From an uncultured Desulfohalobiaceae bacterium (GTDB taxonomy: Bacteria > Desulfobacterota > Desulfovibrionia > Desulfovibrionales > CAZUBS01), in NCBI GenBank assembly GCA_964594925.1, contig CAZQOG010000003.1:1-63572 (forward strand): a stretch of DNA of 63,572 nucleotides, given 5' to 3'. The position numbers and the translations under genes are program-made. The notes under the pieces were generated by a model. That model saw only the letters and a list, made by a program, of their open reading frames with translations. It made no database searches and was not told where the DNA came from. Below are positions 10,693 through 20,363 of this stretch, piece by piece (position 1 is the first letter of the stretch; every line of letters begins with the position of its first letter).

Positions 10693-12012
10693 ATGGCAAT
10701 GGGTAGAAAGGCAGACACGCAGGGCCGGGGAAACAAAGACAGTGCAGACAGCCACGACGAGTACCGTTTTGTGGTGGAGTTCACCGACGACCTGGTGGCG
10801 GTGGTGGACCGGGGCGGCGTCTACCGCATGGTCAACGAGGCCTTTCTCAAGCGTCGCGGACTTGAGCGCACAGAGGTGGAGGGCCGGCAGGTCAGGGATG
10901 TGGTGGGCCCGGAGGCCTACGACAAAGTCATCGGCCCCAACCTGAAGCGCTGCCTGCAGGGGGAGGTCGTGGAGTACGAGATGTCCCACGACTACCCCGG
11001 TCTGGGGCAGCGCCATCTCCTGGTCAGGTACTCCCCCATCCTGGGCCGGGAGGGCGAAGTCGTCCGGGCCGTGTCCGTGATCAGGGACATCACCGAGCGC
11101 AAACAGGCCGTGATCTCCCTTCAGGAAAGCGAGGAGCGTTTCCGGGAGCTGGTGGAGAACATCGAGGAGGTCTTCTGGCTGACCGAGCCCGGGGACCCAA
11201 AACGGGTGCGCTATGTGAGCCCGGCCTACCAGAGGATCTGGGACCGGCCGGCTGATGATCTCTATGACAATCCCAGGGCCTGGATCGAGTCTGTCCACCC
11301 CGAGGATCAGTCCACCGTTCGCAAGGTCTATGCGTCGTTTTTGGCCGGGCAGTCAGGCTTCGACCTGGAGTACCGGATCGTCCGGCCCGACGGGAGCGAG
11401 CGCTGGATCTGGGACCGGGCCTTTCGAACCGGGGAGCGCCGGGAACAGTCCGACTCCATTGCCGGACTGGCCCAGGACATCACATGGCGCAAGCAGCAGC
11501 AGCAGCGCATCCACCACATGGCCATGCACGACCCGCTCACCGGCCTGCCCAACCGCAACCTGTTCACGGACCGCTTTCTCCAGGCCAAAGCCCTGGCCAA
11601 ACGGACCACAACAAAGCTGGCCCTGCTCTACGTCGACCTGGATCACTTCAAGGAGGTCAACGACTCCTTTGGGCACAAGGTCGGGGACACCGTGCTTTCA
11701 GAGGTGGCCCGGCGGATCAAGCTCTGTCTGCGCGACACGGATACCGTGGCCCGCTTCGGCGGTGACGAGTTCGTGCTGCTCATGTCCCAGGTCAGGGGCA
11801 GGAAGGACGTGGAGCCCGTGGCCTACCGGATCCTGGCCGCTCTGAGCGGCCCCGTGCGCCACTCCCTGGGCGTGTCCCGCCTGAGCGCCAGCATCGGCAT
11901 CGCCCTCTATCCAGACCTGGGCCAGGACCAGGACACTTTGATCAGGGAGGCGGACAAGGCCCTGTACACGGTCAAGCAGTCCACTGGAAACGGGTTCCTG
12001 TTTGCAGGGTAA
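10693..12012 (+). CDS. PAS-domain diguanylate cyclase (GGDEF)
   Basis: Two PAS modules and the GGDEF motif RFGGDEF. Start moved to ATG 10693, which has an AAGAGG RBS; the track ORF begins at an upstream TTG. Confidence 0.85.
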   Translation: MAMGRKADTQGRGNKDSADSHDEYRFVVEFTDDLVAVVDRGGVYRMVNEAFLKRRGLERTEVEGRQVRDVVGPEAYDKVIGPNLKRCLQGEVVEYEMSHDYPGLGQRHLLVRYSPILGREGEVVRAVSVIRDITERKQAVISLQESEERFRELVENIEEVFWLTEPGDPKRVRYVSPAYQRIWDRPADDLYDNPRAWIESVHPEDQSTVRKVYASFLAGQSGFDLEYRIVRPDGSERWIWDRAFRTGERREQSDSIAGLAQDITWRKQQQQRIHHMAMHDPLTGLPNRNLFTDRFLQAKALAKRTTTKLALLYVDLDHFKEVNDSFGHKVGDTVLSEVARRIKLCLRDTDTVARFGGDEFVLLMSQVRGRKDVEPVAYRILAALSGPVRHSLGVSRLSASIGIALYPDLGQDQDTLIREADKALYTVKQSTGNGFLFAG

Positions 12013-12030
12013 AGACAAGGCTACGCAAGG

Positions 12031-12150
12031 GTCCGACCGATCCGACGCATCCCGCATCGGACTCTCGGTCGATCGGACATTCGGAGCCGGATAGTCCGAT
12101 AGTCCGAAACAAGATCGGTCTGATCTGTCAGATCCGTCAGATCGATCAGA
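12031..12150. repeat. Third short-period repeat family: GTCCGA/TCGGAC units in both orientations, TAGTCCGA x2, TCNGTCAGA x4
   Basis: Read directly: gtccgaccgatccgac...tcggac...tcggac...atagtccgatagtccga...tcggtctgatctgtcagatccgtcagatcgatcaga. Confidence 0.8.
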
Positions 12151-12198
12151 GGCCACAACCCGGCAATAGCCCTCCAGAGCAACCACTGCCGCTTTCCC

Positions 12199-12798
12199 TC
12201 AAGGGGTAAGGCCTCCGGGTGCACTCCCTGGAAGATCACCCCACTTGTCCGGGGGCGGGGCGTAGCTTGTGAAGCGCCCAAGCAGCGCTTCGCTGTCGGA
12301 TTCCACCACCAGTGCCCGGAGGTAGGCCGGACGGATGAAGCCGTCCTGCTCCATGCGCTCGAGCTGGGCCAGGATGCCGTCGTAGTAACCGGCCACGTTG
12401 AGCAGGCCGCACGGCTTGGCGTGCAGTCCGATCTGGACCCAGGTCCAGACCTCGAAGATCTCCTCCAGTGTCCCGGCCCCGCCGGGAAGGGCCACGAAGC
12501 CGTCCGCCAGTTCGGCCATGCGGGCCTTGCGCTCGTGCATGGAGCCCACCAGGTGCAGCTCCGACAGGCCGGTGTGGGCCACCTCCCGGTCCTCGAGCGC
12601 CCGGGGGATGACCCCGACCACTCTCCCTCCCGCCTCCAGGGCCGTGTCGGCCAGCAACCCCATGAGCCCCATGGCCGCCCCCCCGTAGACAAGGGTCATG
12701 CCCTGCCCGGCCACAGCCCGGGCCAGGCCCCTGGCTGCCCGGGCATATTCGGCACGCTCCCCGAAACTCGAACCGCAGAACACGCAGACGCTCTTCAT
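12199..12798 (-). CDS. LOG family (TIGR00730) nucleotide 5'-monophosphate nucleosidase
   Basis: Motifs YGGAAMGLMG and LPGGAGTLEE. Start placed at MKSVCVFCGSS (ATG 12796-12798); the upstream part of the track ORF runs into the repeat array. Confidence 0.85.
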   Translation of the reverse strand: MKSVCVFCGSSFGERAEYARAARGLARAVAGQGMTLVYGGAAMGLMGLLADTALEAGGRVVGVIPRALEDREVAHTGLSELHLVGSMHERKARMAELADGFVALPGGAGTLEEIFEVWTWVQIGLHAKPCGLLNVAGYYDGILAQLERMEQDGFIRPAYLRALVVESDSEALLGRFTSYAPPPDKWGDLPGSAPGGLTP

Positions 12799-12848
12799 GG
12801 CAGCCAGCTTGCCCAAGCAAAGGAGGGTTGGCAAGGACGGAGAAGCGG

Positions 12849-12991
12849 GTGGACTGTGTGGACTGAGTGGACGACGTGGACAGAAGAGCGACCCCTGAAC
12901 CCGCATCTCTTGTCCCATGGTCCTATTCCCCTTTCTTCAGGGGGGGGTCCTATCGGTCCCATCCGTCCTATCGGTCCTATCGGTCCTATTT
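12849..12991. repeat. Composite repeat element: GTGGACNNN x4 (12849-12884) and GTCCTATCG-type units (12912-12928, 12947-12991)
   Basis: Read directly. The tail GGGGGGGTCCTATCGGTCCCATCCGTCCTATCGGTCCTATCGGTCCTATTTACACCCCCC parallels the tails at 4540-4600 and 6940-7000. Confidence 0.9.
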
Positions 12992-13004
12992 ACACCCCCC
13001 CTCT

Positions 13005-13901
13005 TCACCCCACCCGCCTGCGCACTCTCAACCTGGGGGTGTTGGTCAGAAACAGCCCCGTGACCACCAGGGCCGCGCCCGAGACCAGGGTGCCGGAGAG
13101 GCTCTCGCCCAGCAGGACCACCCCCAGGGTCACGGCGGTGACCGGGACCAGGTTGATGAACACCCCGGCCCGGGTGGGGCCGATGGCCCGCAGGCCCTGG
13201 TAGTACCAGGAGAACCCGAGGCCCGTGCCGCAGACGGCCAGGTAGGCCAGCCCGGCCCACTGGGACGCCTCAAGATCCGCAAGGTGCCCGGGGAGCCCCT
13301 GGGCCAGGGCAAAGGGCAGCAGGAGCAGGGCCCCGGCCAGGCAGGAGCCGGTCACCGCCTGCAGCGGGGAGAGCGAGCCCAGGGCCCGCTTGCCGAGCAC
13401 GGAGTAGAGGGTCCAGGAGAGCACGCAGCCGAGCAGGCAGAGTTCGCCCAGGCCAAGCCCGCCGGACAGGAGCTCCAGCGGGTTGCCCCTGGCCAGGACC
13501 ACGGCTGCTCCGCACAGGCAGACGGCAATGCCCAGCGCCTTCTGCAGGGTCAGGCGCTCGCCCATGAACAGGGCCGAGGCCAGGGCGATGCCCACCGGGT
13601 TGAGGGCGATGATCAGGGCGGCCCGGCCCGCAGCCACGGTCTTGAGGCCCTGGAAGAAGAAGACGTTGTAGGCAAAGACCCCGGTCATCCCGAGCAGCAC
13701 GACCAGGGGCCAGTTTTTGCGGGGCAGCCGCAGCCACTGCCCCGTCTCCTTCCAGGTCATGGCCATGAGGAACAGCGAGGCCAGGAAAAAGCGCAGGAAC
13801 GCGGCCTCGAACGGCCCCAGCTCCCTGGACAGCACCCGCCCGGCCACAAAGGTCCCCCCCCAGAACATGGTGGTCAGCACCAGCTTGAGGTAAACGATCA
13901 C
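13005..13901 (-). CDS. DMT-superfamily transporter (EamA family)
   Basis: Ten predicted TM segments in two EamA repeats. GTG start with an AGGGGGG RBS. Confidence 0.8.
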   Translation of the reverse strand: MIVYLKLVLTTMFWGGTFVAGRVLSRELGPFEAAFLRFFLASLFLMAMTWKETGQWLRLPRKNWPLVVLLGMTGVFAYNVFFFQGLKTVAAGRAALIIALNPVGIALASALFMGERLTLQKALGIAVCLCGAAVVLARGNPLELLSGGLGLGELCLLGCVLSWTLYSVLGKRALGSLSPLQAVTGSCLAGALLLLPFALAQGLPGHLADLEASQWAGLAYLAVCGTGLGFSWYYQGLRAIGPTRAGVFINLVPVTAVTLGVVLLGESLSGTLVSGAALVVTGLFLTNTPRLRVRRRVG

Positions 13902-14019
13902 GCCCCCCTATCAAAACCGGATCAAAACCGAGTGTAAAAAATTGAAAGACCGGACCTGTAGCAGAAAAGCTTCGCTCCCGGAAGTGCACATCCTCAGGGC
14001 AACACATTTTCAGAAACAA

Positions 14020-14061
14020 TTTTTTTACCCATTTCGCACCTGGTCTGAAATGGGTAAAAAA
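14020..14061. promoter_or_regulatory. Perfect 15-bp inverted repeat TTTTTTACCCATTTC-N11-GAAATGGGTAAAAAA in a divergent promoter region
   Basis: Read directly. Lies between the eamA-like gene (minus) and the hlyD-like gene (plus). Confidence 0.4.
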
Positions 14062-14140
14062 GGGGGGAGACAAAAGTCGGTTGCAACCCCATGAAATCAG
14101 TGGAAGTATTATTCGAGAGATTTAAAAGGGAAGGAAAGGT

Positions 14141-15172
14141 ATGAAAAAGACTGTCGTTGTCCTGGTTGCTCTACTGCTCCTTTTCGGGGCAGGTCTTGCG
14201 GCCTGGCAGATGGGCTGGTTTGGCCGGGGAGATTCCAGGGTCGAGGAGTTGGTCCTTTACGGGAACGTGGACATCCGCCAGGTGGGGCTGGGTTTTCTGG
14301 TGACCGAGAAGATCGACCGCTTGTTGGTGGAGGAGGGCGATGCTGTGACCGCGGGGCAGCTCCTGGCCGAGCTGGACACCAGCCGGCTGCGTCAGCGGGT
14401 GGAAGGGGCCAGGGCTCGGGTCAGGGCGCAGGAGAAGGTCCTGGAGCGTCTCCTGGCCGGGTCCAGGCAGGAGGAGATCCAGCAGGCCGGGGCCGAGATG
14501 GAGGCGGCCCGTGCCCAGGCGGTCAATGCCCGCAAGCGGGCGCTTCGCCTTCAGGAGCTTCGGCGGAGCGGGGCGGTCTCCGATCAGGAAGCGGACGACG
14601 CCGTGAGCTCTGCTGAGGCGGCCGAGGCCAGGCTTACGGCGGCGCGGGAAGCCTACCAGCTGGCCCTGGCTGGCCCCCGGCAGGAGGACATTGACGAGGC
14701 CAGGGCCGGCCTGGATGCCCAGCGCTCCGAGCTGGACCTGGCGCTCCAGGAGCTGGAGTACGCCTTTTTGTCTGCCCCCGGGAACGGGACCATCCAGCAG
14801 CGCCTGCTGGAGAGGGGGGACACTGCCTCGCCCCAGAACCCGGTCTTCACCCTGGCCCTGAACGACCCTGTCTGGGTCCGGGTCTTTGTTGACCAGCCGG
14901 ACCTGGGACTGCTTGAGCCCGGCATGACCGCCTGGGTTACCACGGACTCCTTTCCGGACAAGCGCTACGAGGGCTGGATAGGGTACATCTCCCCCACGGC
15001 CGAGTTCACGCCCAAGTCGGTGCAGACCGAGGAGATCAGGACCCAGCTGGTCTACCAGGTCCGGGTCTACGTGCCAAACCCCCAAGGGGAGCTCAGGCTG
15101 GGCATGCCCGCCACGGTGAGCGTGCCCCTGGACCAGGGCCGGGAAAGCAGCAATGCCACCGGTGCAGCGTGA
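14141..15172 (+). CDS. HlyD-family membrane fusion protein (YbhG-like)
   Basis: N-terminal anchor, long coiled coil, C-terminal beta-barrel segment. Overlaps the start of the next gene. Confidence 0.85.
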   Translation: MKKTVVVLVALLLLFGAGLAAWQMGWFGRGDSRVEELVLYGNVDIRQVGLGFLVTEKIDRLLVEEGDAVTAGQLLAELDTSRLRQRVEGARARVRAQEKVLERLLAGSRQEEIQQAGAEMEAARAQAVNARKRALRLQELRRSGAVSDQEADDAVSSAEAAEARLTAAREAYQLALAGPRQEDIDEARAGLDAQRSELDLALQELEYAFLSAPGNGTIQQRLLERGDTASPQNPVFTLALNDPVWVRVFVDQPDLGLLEPGMTAWVTTDSFPDKRYEGWIGYISPTAEFTPKSVQTEEIRTQLVYQVRVYVPNPQGELRLGMPATVSVPLDQGRESSNATGAA

Positions 15173-16983
15173 TGGCCGAGCCGCTGCCAGGAAGGGAAGA
15201 CACCGCCCCTGACAAAGGGTCCGAGGAGCAGCCGGTCCTGGTCTATCAGGACGTGGCCAAGGCCTTCACCTCCGGCAACAGGGTCGTGCACGCCCTGCAG
15301 GGGGCTGATTTTTCCATCCGCCCCGGGTCCATCACCGGGCTGGTCGGCCCGGACGGCGCTGGCAAGACCACGGCCATGCGCCTGGCCGCCGGGCTGTTGG
15401 TGCCGGACCGGGGCTCGGTCACGGTCCTGGGGATGGACGCGGCCCGCGACTCCCTCAAGATCCAATCCCTCATCGGGTACATGCCCCAGCGTTTCGGGTT
15501 GTACGAGGACCTGTCGGTGCAGGAGAACCTGGACCTGTACGCCGACCTGCAGGGGGTCAGGCGCGGGGAGCGTCAGGAGCGCTATGCGGAGCTGATGCGC
15601 ATGACCGGGCTGGGGGATTTTACGGGCCGCCTGGCCGGCAGGCTCTCCGGGGGCATGAAGCAGAAGCTGGGGCTGGCCTGCACCCTGGTGCACCCCCCGG
15701 ACCTGCTGCTCCTGGACGAGCCCACCGTGGGGGTGGACCCGGTCTCCCGGCGGGAGCTGTGGTCGATCGTCTTCGACCTGGTGGAGGAGCAGGGCATGAC
15801 CGTGCTCATGTCCACGGCCTACCTGGACGAGGCCGAGCGCTGTCACGAGGTGGTGCTGCTGCACGAGGGGAAGGTGATGGGGGCGGGGGCGCCGGACACC
15901 TTCGTCACCGGGCTTGCGGACAGGGTCTTCCTGGTGGACGTGCCCCAGGATCTCAACCGGCGCGAGCTGCAGGAACGCCTGGCAGCCACGGACGGGGTAT
16001 TGGACGCGGTCATCCAGGGTGAGCAGGTGCGGCTGGTCCTGGCCGAGGGCGAAACGCCCAGTCAGGGGGAATGGCTGCAAACCCGGGAAGGGTTGCAGGT
16101 CACCCCTGCCGAGCCGCGCTTCGAGGACGGGTACGTGGACCTGCTGACCGGGGATGAAGAGCCCTCACACGGCAGAGAGAAAGATTCTTCAGGTCGGCAA
16201 GGGTCACAAGAGGAGCAGCAAGGTCCGGTGATCGACGTGGAAAAAGCCTCCCGACGCTTCGGGGATTTCTACGCCGTCCGGGAGGTCTCTTTCCAGGTGC
16301 ACGCCGGGGAGGTCTTCGGCCTGCTCGGGGCCAACGGCGCGGGCAAGACCACCACCTTCCGCATGCTCTGCGGCCTGCTGCCTGCCAGCGAGGGGCGGCT
16401 CACCGTGGCCGGGCGCGACCTGCGCCACGCCGCTGCCCGGGCCAGGGCCCGGATCGGGTACATGTCCCAGAAGTTCTCCCTGTACCGGACCTTTTCGGTG
16501 CGCCAGAACATGGAGTTCTTTTCCAGTGCCTACAACCTCACGGGCCGCAGGCGAAGCCAGCGTATCCAGTGGGCCCTGGAGCGTTTCGACCTCGAAGACC
16601 AGCAGGAGGCGGTCAGCGGGGACCTGCCCCTTGGCTACAAGCAGCGGCTGGCCCTGGCCTGCGCCCTGATGCACGAGCCGGACATCCTCTTCCTGGACGA
16701 GCCCACCTCCGGGGTCGACCCCCTGGCCAGGAGGCAGTTCTGGCACCACATCAATGTGCTGGCCTCCAAAGGGGTCACGGTCATGGTCACCACCCACTTC
16801 ATGGAGGAGGCGGAGTACTGCGACCGGCTGGCCATCATGTCCGCCGGGAGCATCCTGTCCCTGGGGACCCCCCTGGAGATCAAGCGCAGGGCGGGCTCGG
16901 AGGATCGCCCCGAGCCGAGCATCGAGGAGGCCTTCATCAGCCTCATCCAGCGTGAGGAGCAGCCTGAGGAGGAGGCGGCATGA
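15172..16983 (+). CDS. ABC transporter ATP-binding protein with duplicated ATPase domains (YbhF-like)
   Basis: Two Walker A motifs (GPDGAGKTT, GANGAGKTT) and two signature motifs (LSGGMKQKL, LPLGYKQRL). Start is ATG 15172 or GTG 15169. Confidence 0.9.
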   Translation: MAEPLPGREDTAPDKGSEEQPVLVYQDVAKAFTSGNRVVHALQGADFSIRPGSITGLVGPDGAGKTTAMRLAAGLLVPDRGSVTVLGMDAARDSLKIQSLIGYMPQRFGLYEDLSVQENLDLYADLQGVRRGERQERYAELMRMTGLGDFTGRLAGRLSGGMKQKLGLACTLVHPPDLLLLDEPTVGVDPVSRRELWSIVFDLVEEQGMTVLMSTAYLDEAERCHEVVLLHEGKVMGAGAPDTFVTGLADRVFLVDVPQDLNRRELQERLAATDGVLDAVIQGEQVRLVLAEGETPSQGEWLQTREGLQVTPAEPRFEDGYVDLLTGDEEPSHGREKDSSGRQGSQEEQQGPVIDVEKASRRFGDFYAVREVSFQVHAGEVFGLLGANGAGKTTTFRMLCGLLPASEGRLTVAGRDLRHAAARARARIGYMSQKFSLYRTFSVRQNMEFFSSAYNLTGRRRSQRIQWALERFDLEDQQEAVSGDLPLGYKQRLALACALMHEPDILFLDEPTSGVDPLARRQFWHHINVLASKGVTVMVTTHFMEEAEYCDRLAIMSAGSILSLGTPLEIKRRAGSEDRPEPSIEEAFISLIQREEQPEEEAA

Positions 16984-18119
16984 GCCGCTCCCGGCGGAAG
17001 GATCGGGGCGGCGGGGCCATGCGGCTGCGGGGGCTGATCCGCAAGGAGTTCTTCCAGGTGATGCGGGACCCGAGCAGCCTGGCCATCGCCTTTGTCATGC
17101 CGGTCATTCTGCTGCTCTTGTTCGGCTACGGGGTGTCCCTGGACGCCGAGAACGTCCCCCTGGCCCTGGTGGCCGAGGACCCCGGGGCGGACAGCGCGGA
17201 CCTGTTCGGCGCCTTTGCCGGATCCAGGTACTTCCAGACCAGGAGCTTCCCGAGCTTTGCCGCGGCCGAGCAGGCCCTTCTCCAGGGTGAGGTCAGGGGG
17301 ATCCTCAGGCTGCAGGGGGACTTCAGCCGCAGGCTGCACGCGGGCGGCAGCGCCCCGGCCCAGCTGGTGGTGGACGGTGTGGACGCCAACACGGCCCGGA
17401 TCGTCATGGGCTATGCCGACGGGGTGATCGCATCCTGGCAGGAAGGAAGGAGGATCAAGAGCAAGCCGGCCGGGGCAGTGGAGCTCGAGCAGCGGGTCTG
17501 GTTCAACGCCGAGGTGCGCAGCCGCAACTACCTGGTCCCCGGGCTGGTTGCGGTGATCATGACCCTGATCGGGGCCCTGCTCACGGCCATGGTCATGGCC
17601 AGGGAGTGGGAGCGGGGCACCATGGAGGCCCTGATGGTCACACCGGTCAGCGTGCGGGAGATCTTGATCGGCAAGCTGGTTCCCTACTTCGTGCTGGGCA
17701 TGGGGGGCATGGCCCTGAGCGTGGCCATGGCCATCTGGGTCTTCGAGGTGCCCCTGCGCGGGTCCTTCTGGGTGCTGCTGCTCTGCTCGGTCCTCTTCCT
17801 GCTGGTGGCCCTGGGCATGGGCCTGCTCATCTCCATCCTCTCCAAGGACCAGTTCGTGGCCGGGCAGGCCGCCATCCTGTCCACCTTCCTGCCGGCCTTC
17901 CTGCTTTCGGGCTTCATCTTCGAGATCCCGAGCATGCCGGGATGGGTCCAGGCCATCACCTACCTGATCGGGGCGCGCTACTTCGTGGCCATCCTGCAGA
18001 CCGTCTTCCTGGCCGGCGACCTGTGGTCGATCGTCATTCCCAACGCCCTGGCCCTGCTCGGGCTGGCCGCGGTCTTCCTGGGCATAAGCCGCGCCAAAGC
18101 CCGCAAACGGCTGGAATGA
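16980..18119 (+). CDS. ABC-2 type transporter permease (YbhS-like)
   Basis: ATGA overlap with the upstream gene. Large extracytoplasmic loop after TM1, then 5 TM segments. Confidence 0.85.
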   Translation: MSRSRRKDRGGGAMRLRGLIRKEFFQVMRDPSSLAIAFVMPVILLLLFGYGVSLDAENVPLALVAEDPGADSADLFGAFAGSRYFQTRSFPSFAAAEQALLQGEVRGILRLQGDFSRRLHAGGSAPAQLVVDGVDANTARIVMGYADGVIASWQEGRRIKSKPAGAVELEQRVWFNAEVRSRNYLVPGLVAVIMTLIGALLTAMVMAREWERGTMEALMVTPVSVREILIGKLVPYFVLGMGGMALSVAMAIWVFEVPLRGSFWVLLLCSVLFLLVALGMGLLISILSKDQFVAGQAAILSTFLPAFLLSGFIFEIPSMPGWVQAITYLIGARYFVAILQTVFLAGDLWSIVIPNALALLGLAAVFLGISRAKARKRLE

Positions 18120-18122
18120 CCC

Positions 18123-19238
18123 ATGGCAATGCTCAGGCGCATCCTGGCCCTGGCCCGCAAGGAGTTCCTGTCCCTACTCAAGGACAAGAAGAGCCGGGTG
18201 GTCATCATCGTGCCCCCGCTGATCCAGCTGGTGGTGTTCGGCTATGCCGCCACCTTCGACCTGACCAGGGTTCCCTATGCCGTGTACGACGAGGACGGGG
18301 GACAGGCCTCCCGAGAGCTCCTGGCGCGTTTTCAGGGCTCGCCCAACTTTCAGGAGCAGGCCCGGGTGAAAAGCCTGGACCAGGTCAGGGAGCTGATCGA
18401 GGCCAAGGAGATTCTGCTGGCAGTGCACATCGGGAGGCAGTTCACCAGGGAGCTGGTCCAGCCAAGGCAGGCGCCGCTGCAGGTCATCCTGGACGGGCGC
18501 AACTCCAACACCGCCCTGATCGCCCTGGGCTACGTGCGCCAGATCGTGGGTCAGTTCAACGCCGAGCTGGCCCTGCGCCAGGGCAGGGGGCAGCCCGAGG
18601 TACAGCTGGTGACCCGGGCCTGGTTCAACCCCAACCTGGAGAGCCGCTGGTTCATCGTGCCCGGCATCGTGGGGCTCCTGACCCTGGTGGTCACGCTGCT
18701 GGTCACGGCCCTGAGCGTGGCCAGGGAGCGCGAGCAGGGCACCTTTGACCAGCTCCTGGTCACCCCCATGCGCCCGGTGGAGATCCTGCTGGGCAAGTCC
18801 ATCCCCGGGATGGTCATCGGGGTGGCCGAGGGCTCGGCCATCATCCTGGTGGCGGTGACCTGGTTCAAGGTCCCCCTGGTGGGGCATCTGGGCACGCTCT
18901 ACCTGGGGCTCGTGCTCTACCTGCTCTCGGCCATCGGGGTGGGGCTGATGATCTCCTCCCTGTCCGTGACCCAGCAGCAGGGTCTCATGGGCGCCTTTCT
19001 GTTCCTGGTCCCGGCGGTGATCCTCTCCGGCTTCACCACCCCCATCGCCAACATGCCGCAGGCGGTGCAGTACCTGACCCTGCTCAACCCCATGCGCTAC
19101 TTCATGGTCGTGGTCAGGGGGGTCTTCCTGCAGGGTGCGTCGCTCGAGCTGCTTGTGCCCCAGATGTGGCCCATGGCCGTGATCGGGGTGGTCTGCCTGG
19201 CGGTGGCAGGCTGGCTCTTCAGGCACCGGATGTACTAG
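18123..19238 (+). CDS. ABC-2 type transporter permease (YbhR-like)
   Basis: Paralogous to the preceding permease with the same topology. Confidence 0.85.
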   Translation: MAMLRRILALARKEFLSLLKDKKSRVVIIVPPLIQLVVFGYAATFDLTRVPYAVYDEDGGQASRELLARFQGSPNFQEQARVKSLDQVRELIEAKEILLAVHIGRQFTRELVQPRQAPLQVILDGRNSNTALIALGYVRQIVGQFNAELALRQGRGQPEVQLVTRAWFNPNLESRWFIVPGIVGLLTLVVTLLVTALSVAREREQGTFDQLLVTPMRPVEILLGKSIPGMVIGVAEGSAIILVAVTWFKVPLVGHLGTLYLGLVLYLLSAIGVGLMISSLSVTQQQGLMGAFLFLVPAVILSGFTTPIANMPQAVQYLTLLNPMRYFMVVVRGVFLQGASLELLVPQMWPMAVIGVVCLAVAGWLFRHRMY

Positions 19239-19424
19239 CCGATCGCCTGAAAATGGGATCTGGACTGCGTTGCGCGGCCAGGACGGACCCTCGGGTATTG
19301 GAATACTCCTCGGCCCCGCCCTGACCTTGCGCCTTGCCAGATCCCATTTTCAGGCGATCGGCGGGTTAGGGGGCAGATGGTGGGATCTGGACTGCGTTGC
19401 GCTGCCAGGACGGACCCTCGGGTA
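19239..19424. repeat. Structured repeat element: perfect 25-bp inverted repeat (19239-19263 / 19337-19361) plus a 43-nt direct repeat (19255-19297 / 19382-19424, 42/43 identical)
   Basis: CCGATCGCCTGAAAATGGGATCTGG ... CCAGATCCCATTTTCAGGCGATCGG; GGGATCTGGACTGCGTTGCGC(G/T)GCCAGGACGGACCCTCGGGTA occurs twice. Confidence 0.85.
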
Positions 19425-19426
19425 AA

Positions 19427-19465
19427 TTGAAGCTGGAAGCTCGAAGATTGAAGCTGGAAGCAAGA
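19427..19465. repeat. Heptamer array TTGAAGC/TGGAAGC/TCGAAGA x5
   Basis: Read directly. Ends in GAAGCAAGAC, like the array at 25771-25806. Confidence 0.85.
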
Positions 19466-19659
19466 CACAAGAGATGCCAAGAGGATGCTTTTTTTCCCAC
19501 GTTGCACGGTGCCGAAGAACAAATACGCTTCGGTCTCGAACTCTTCTTACGCCCCATGCCACGGCGACTAGTCCCGGCGAAGCTACAAGCAGAGACGGAC
19601 TTGTCCCGGCGAAGCCAGGAGCGGAGACGGAAGCTGCAAGCGAAGCCTGGGTTGCCACC

Positions 19660-19980
19660 TCAAATCGTGCGGATGGGGTCGGTGGTGCAGCCGTGGCCGC
19701 GGCCGTGTTCTTCTGGATCGTGGTCCTGGTTGGGGACCTCGTGCACGCAGAGCAGCCATTTCCCCTGGGCGTCGCGGCCGAAGTAGAGGCTGCGCCTGTG
19801 TTGCGGTCCGACCTCTGAGCATCCGGCAAAGCTGCCGAGATCTGTGAAGAATTTCAGGGCCTTGTCGGCGTCCTCGTCATACCACCTGAAGGCGATTTCC
19901 GCCTCATTTTCAGGAAGACGGTTCAAAATCTTGTTCTCCCAGGGGCAGGAGTCGAAGATCTGCTTGAGTCTGAGGCTCAT
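19660..19980 (-). CDS. Hypothetical small protein
   Basis: ORF from ATG 19978-19980 (MSLRLKQIFDSCPWENK...) in a lower-GC patch, GGAG about 10 nt upstream. No family recognised. Confidence 0.4.
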   Translation of the reverse strand: MSLRLKQIFDSCPWENKILNRLPENEAEIAFRWYDEDADKALKFFTDLGSFAGCSEVGPQHRRSLYFGRDAQGKWLLCVHEVPNQDHDPEEHGRGHGCTTDPIRTI

Positions 19981-20363
19981 GGAGCCGGCTCCGGTTGGAT
20001 ACGTGGAAACCCGATCATATCGGTTAATATTGTCGCGTCCTGCAGGAGTCAAGGTCAGACAGGCAGGCCGGGCACCCTGACAGGTACTTTCTTACACCTG
20101 CCCCCTTTTCCCATGTTTCGTAAAGGGGCAGGCGCAGCCCATGCCAATACAGGAATGCAGGACGACTGATGGGGTGTCATGGTCGGGCGGTGAGCTTGCC
20201 GGGTAGAGAGAGCTACCTGAAAAATAGCTGAAGTCTCCCTCTTCAATCGGCAGGAGGAAAGATATTAGGGTTAGAATCAACGTTGCGCAAGGAAGCGGGC
20301 TGGACCCGGTTAGTACATTGGAACAGCCCTGGAAAAGCCAACCATGAAACCAGGAGGTTTTGA

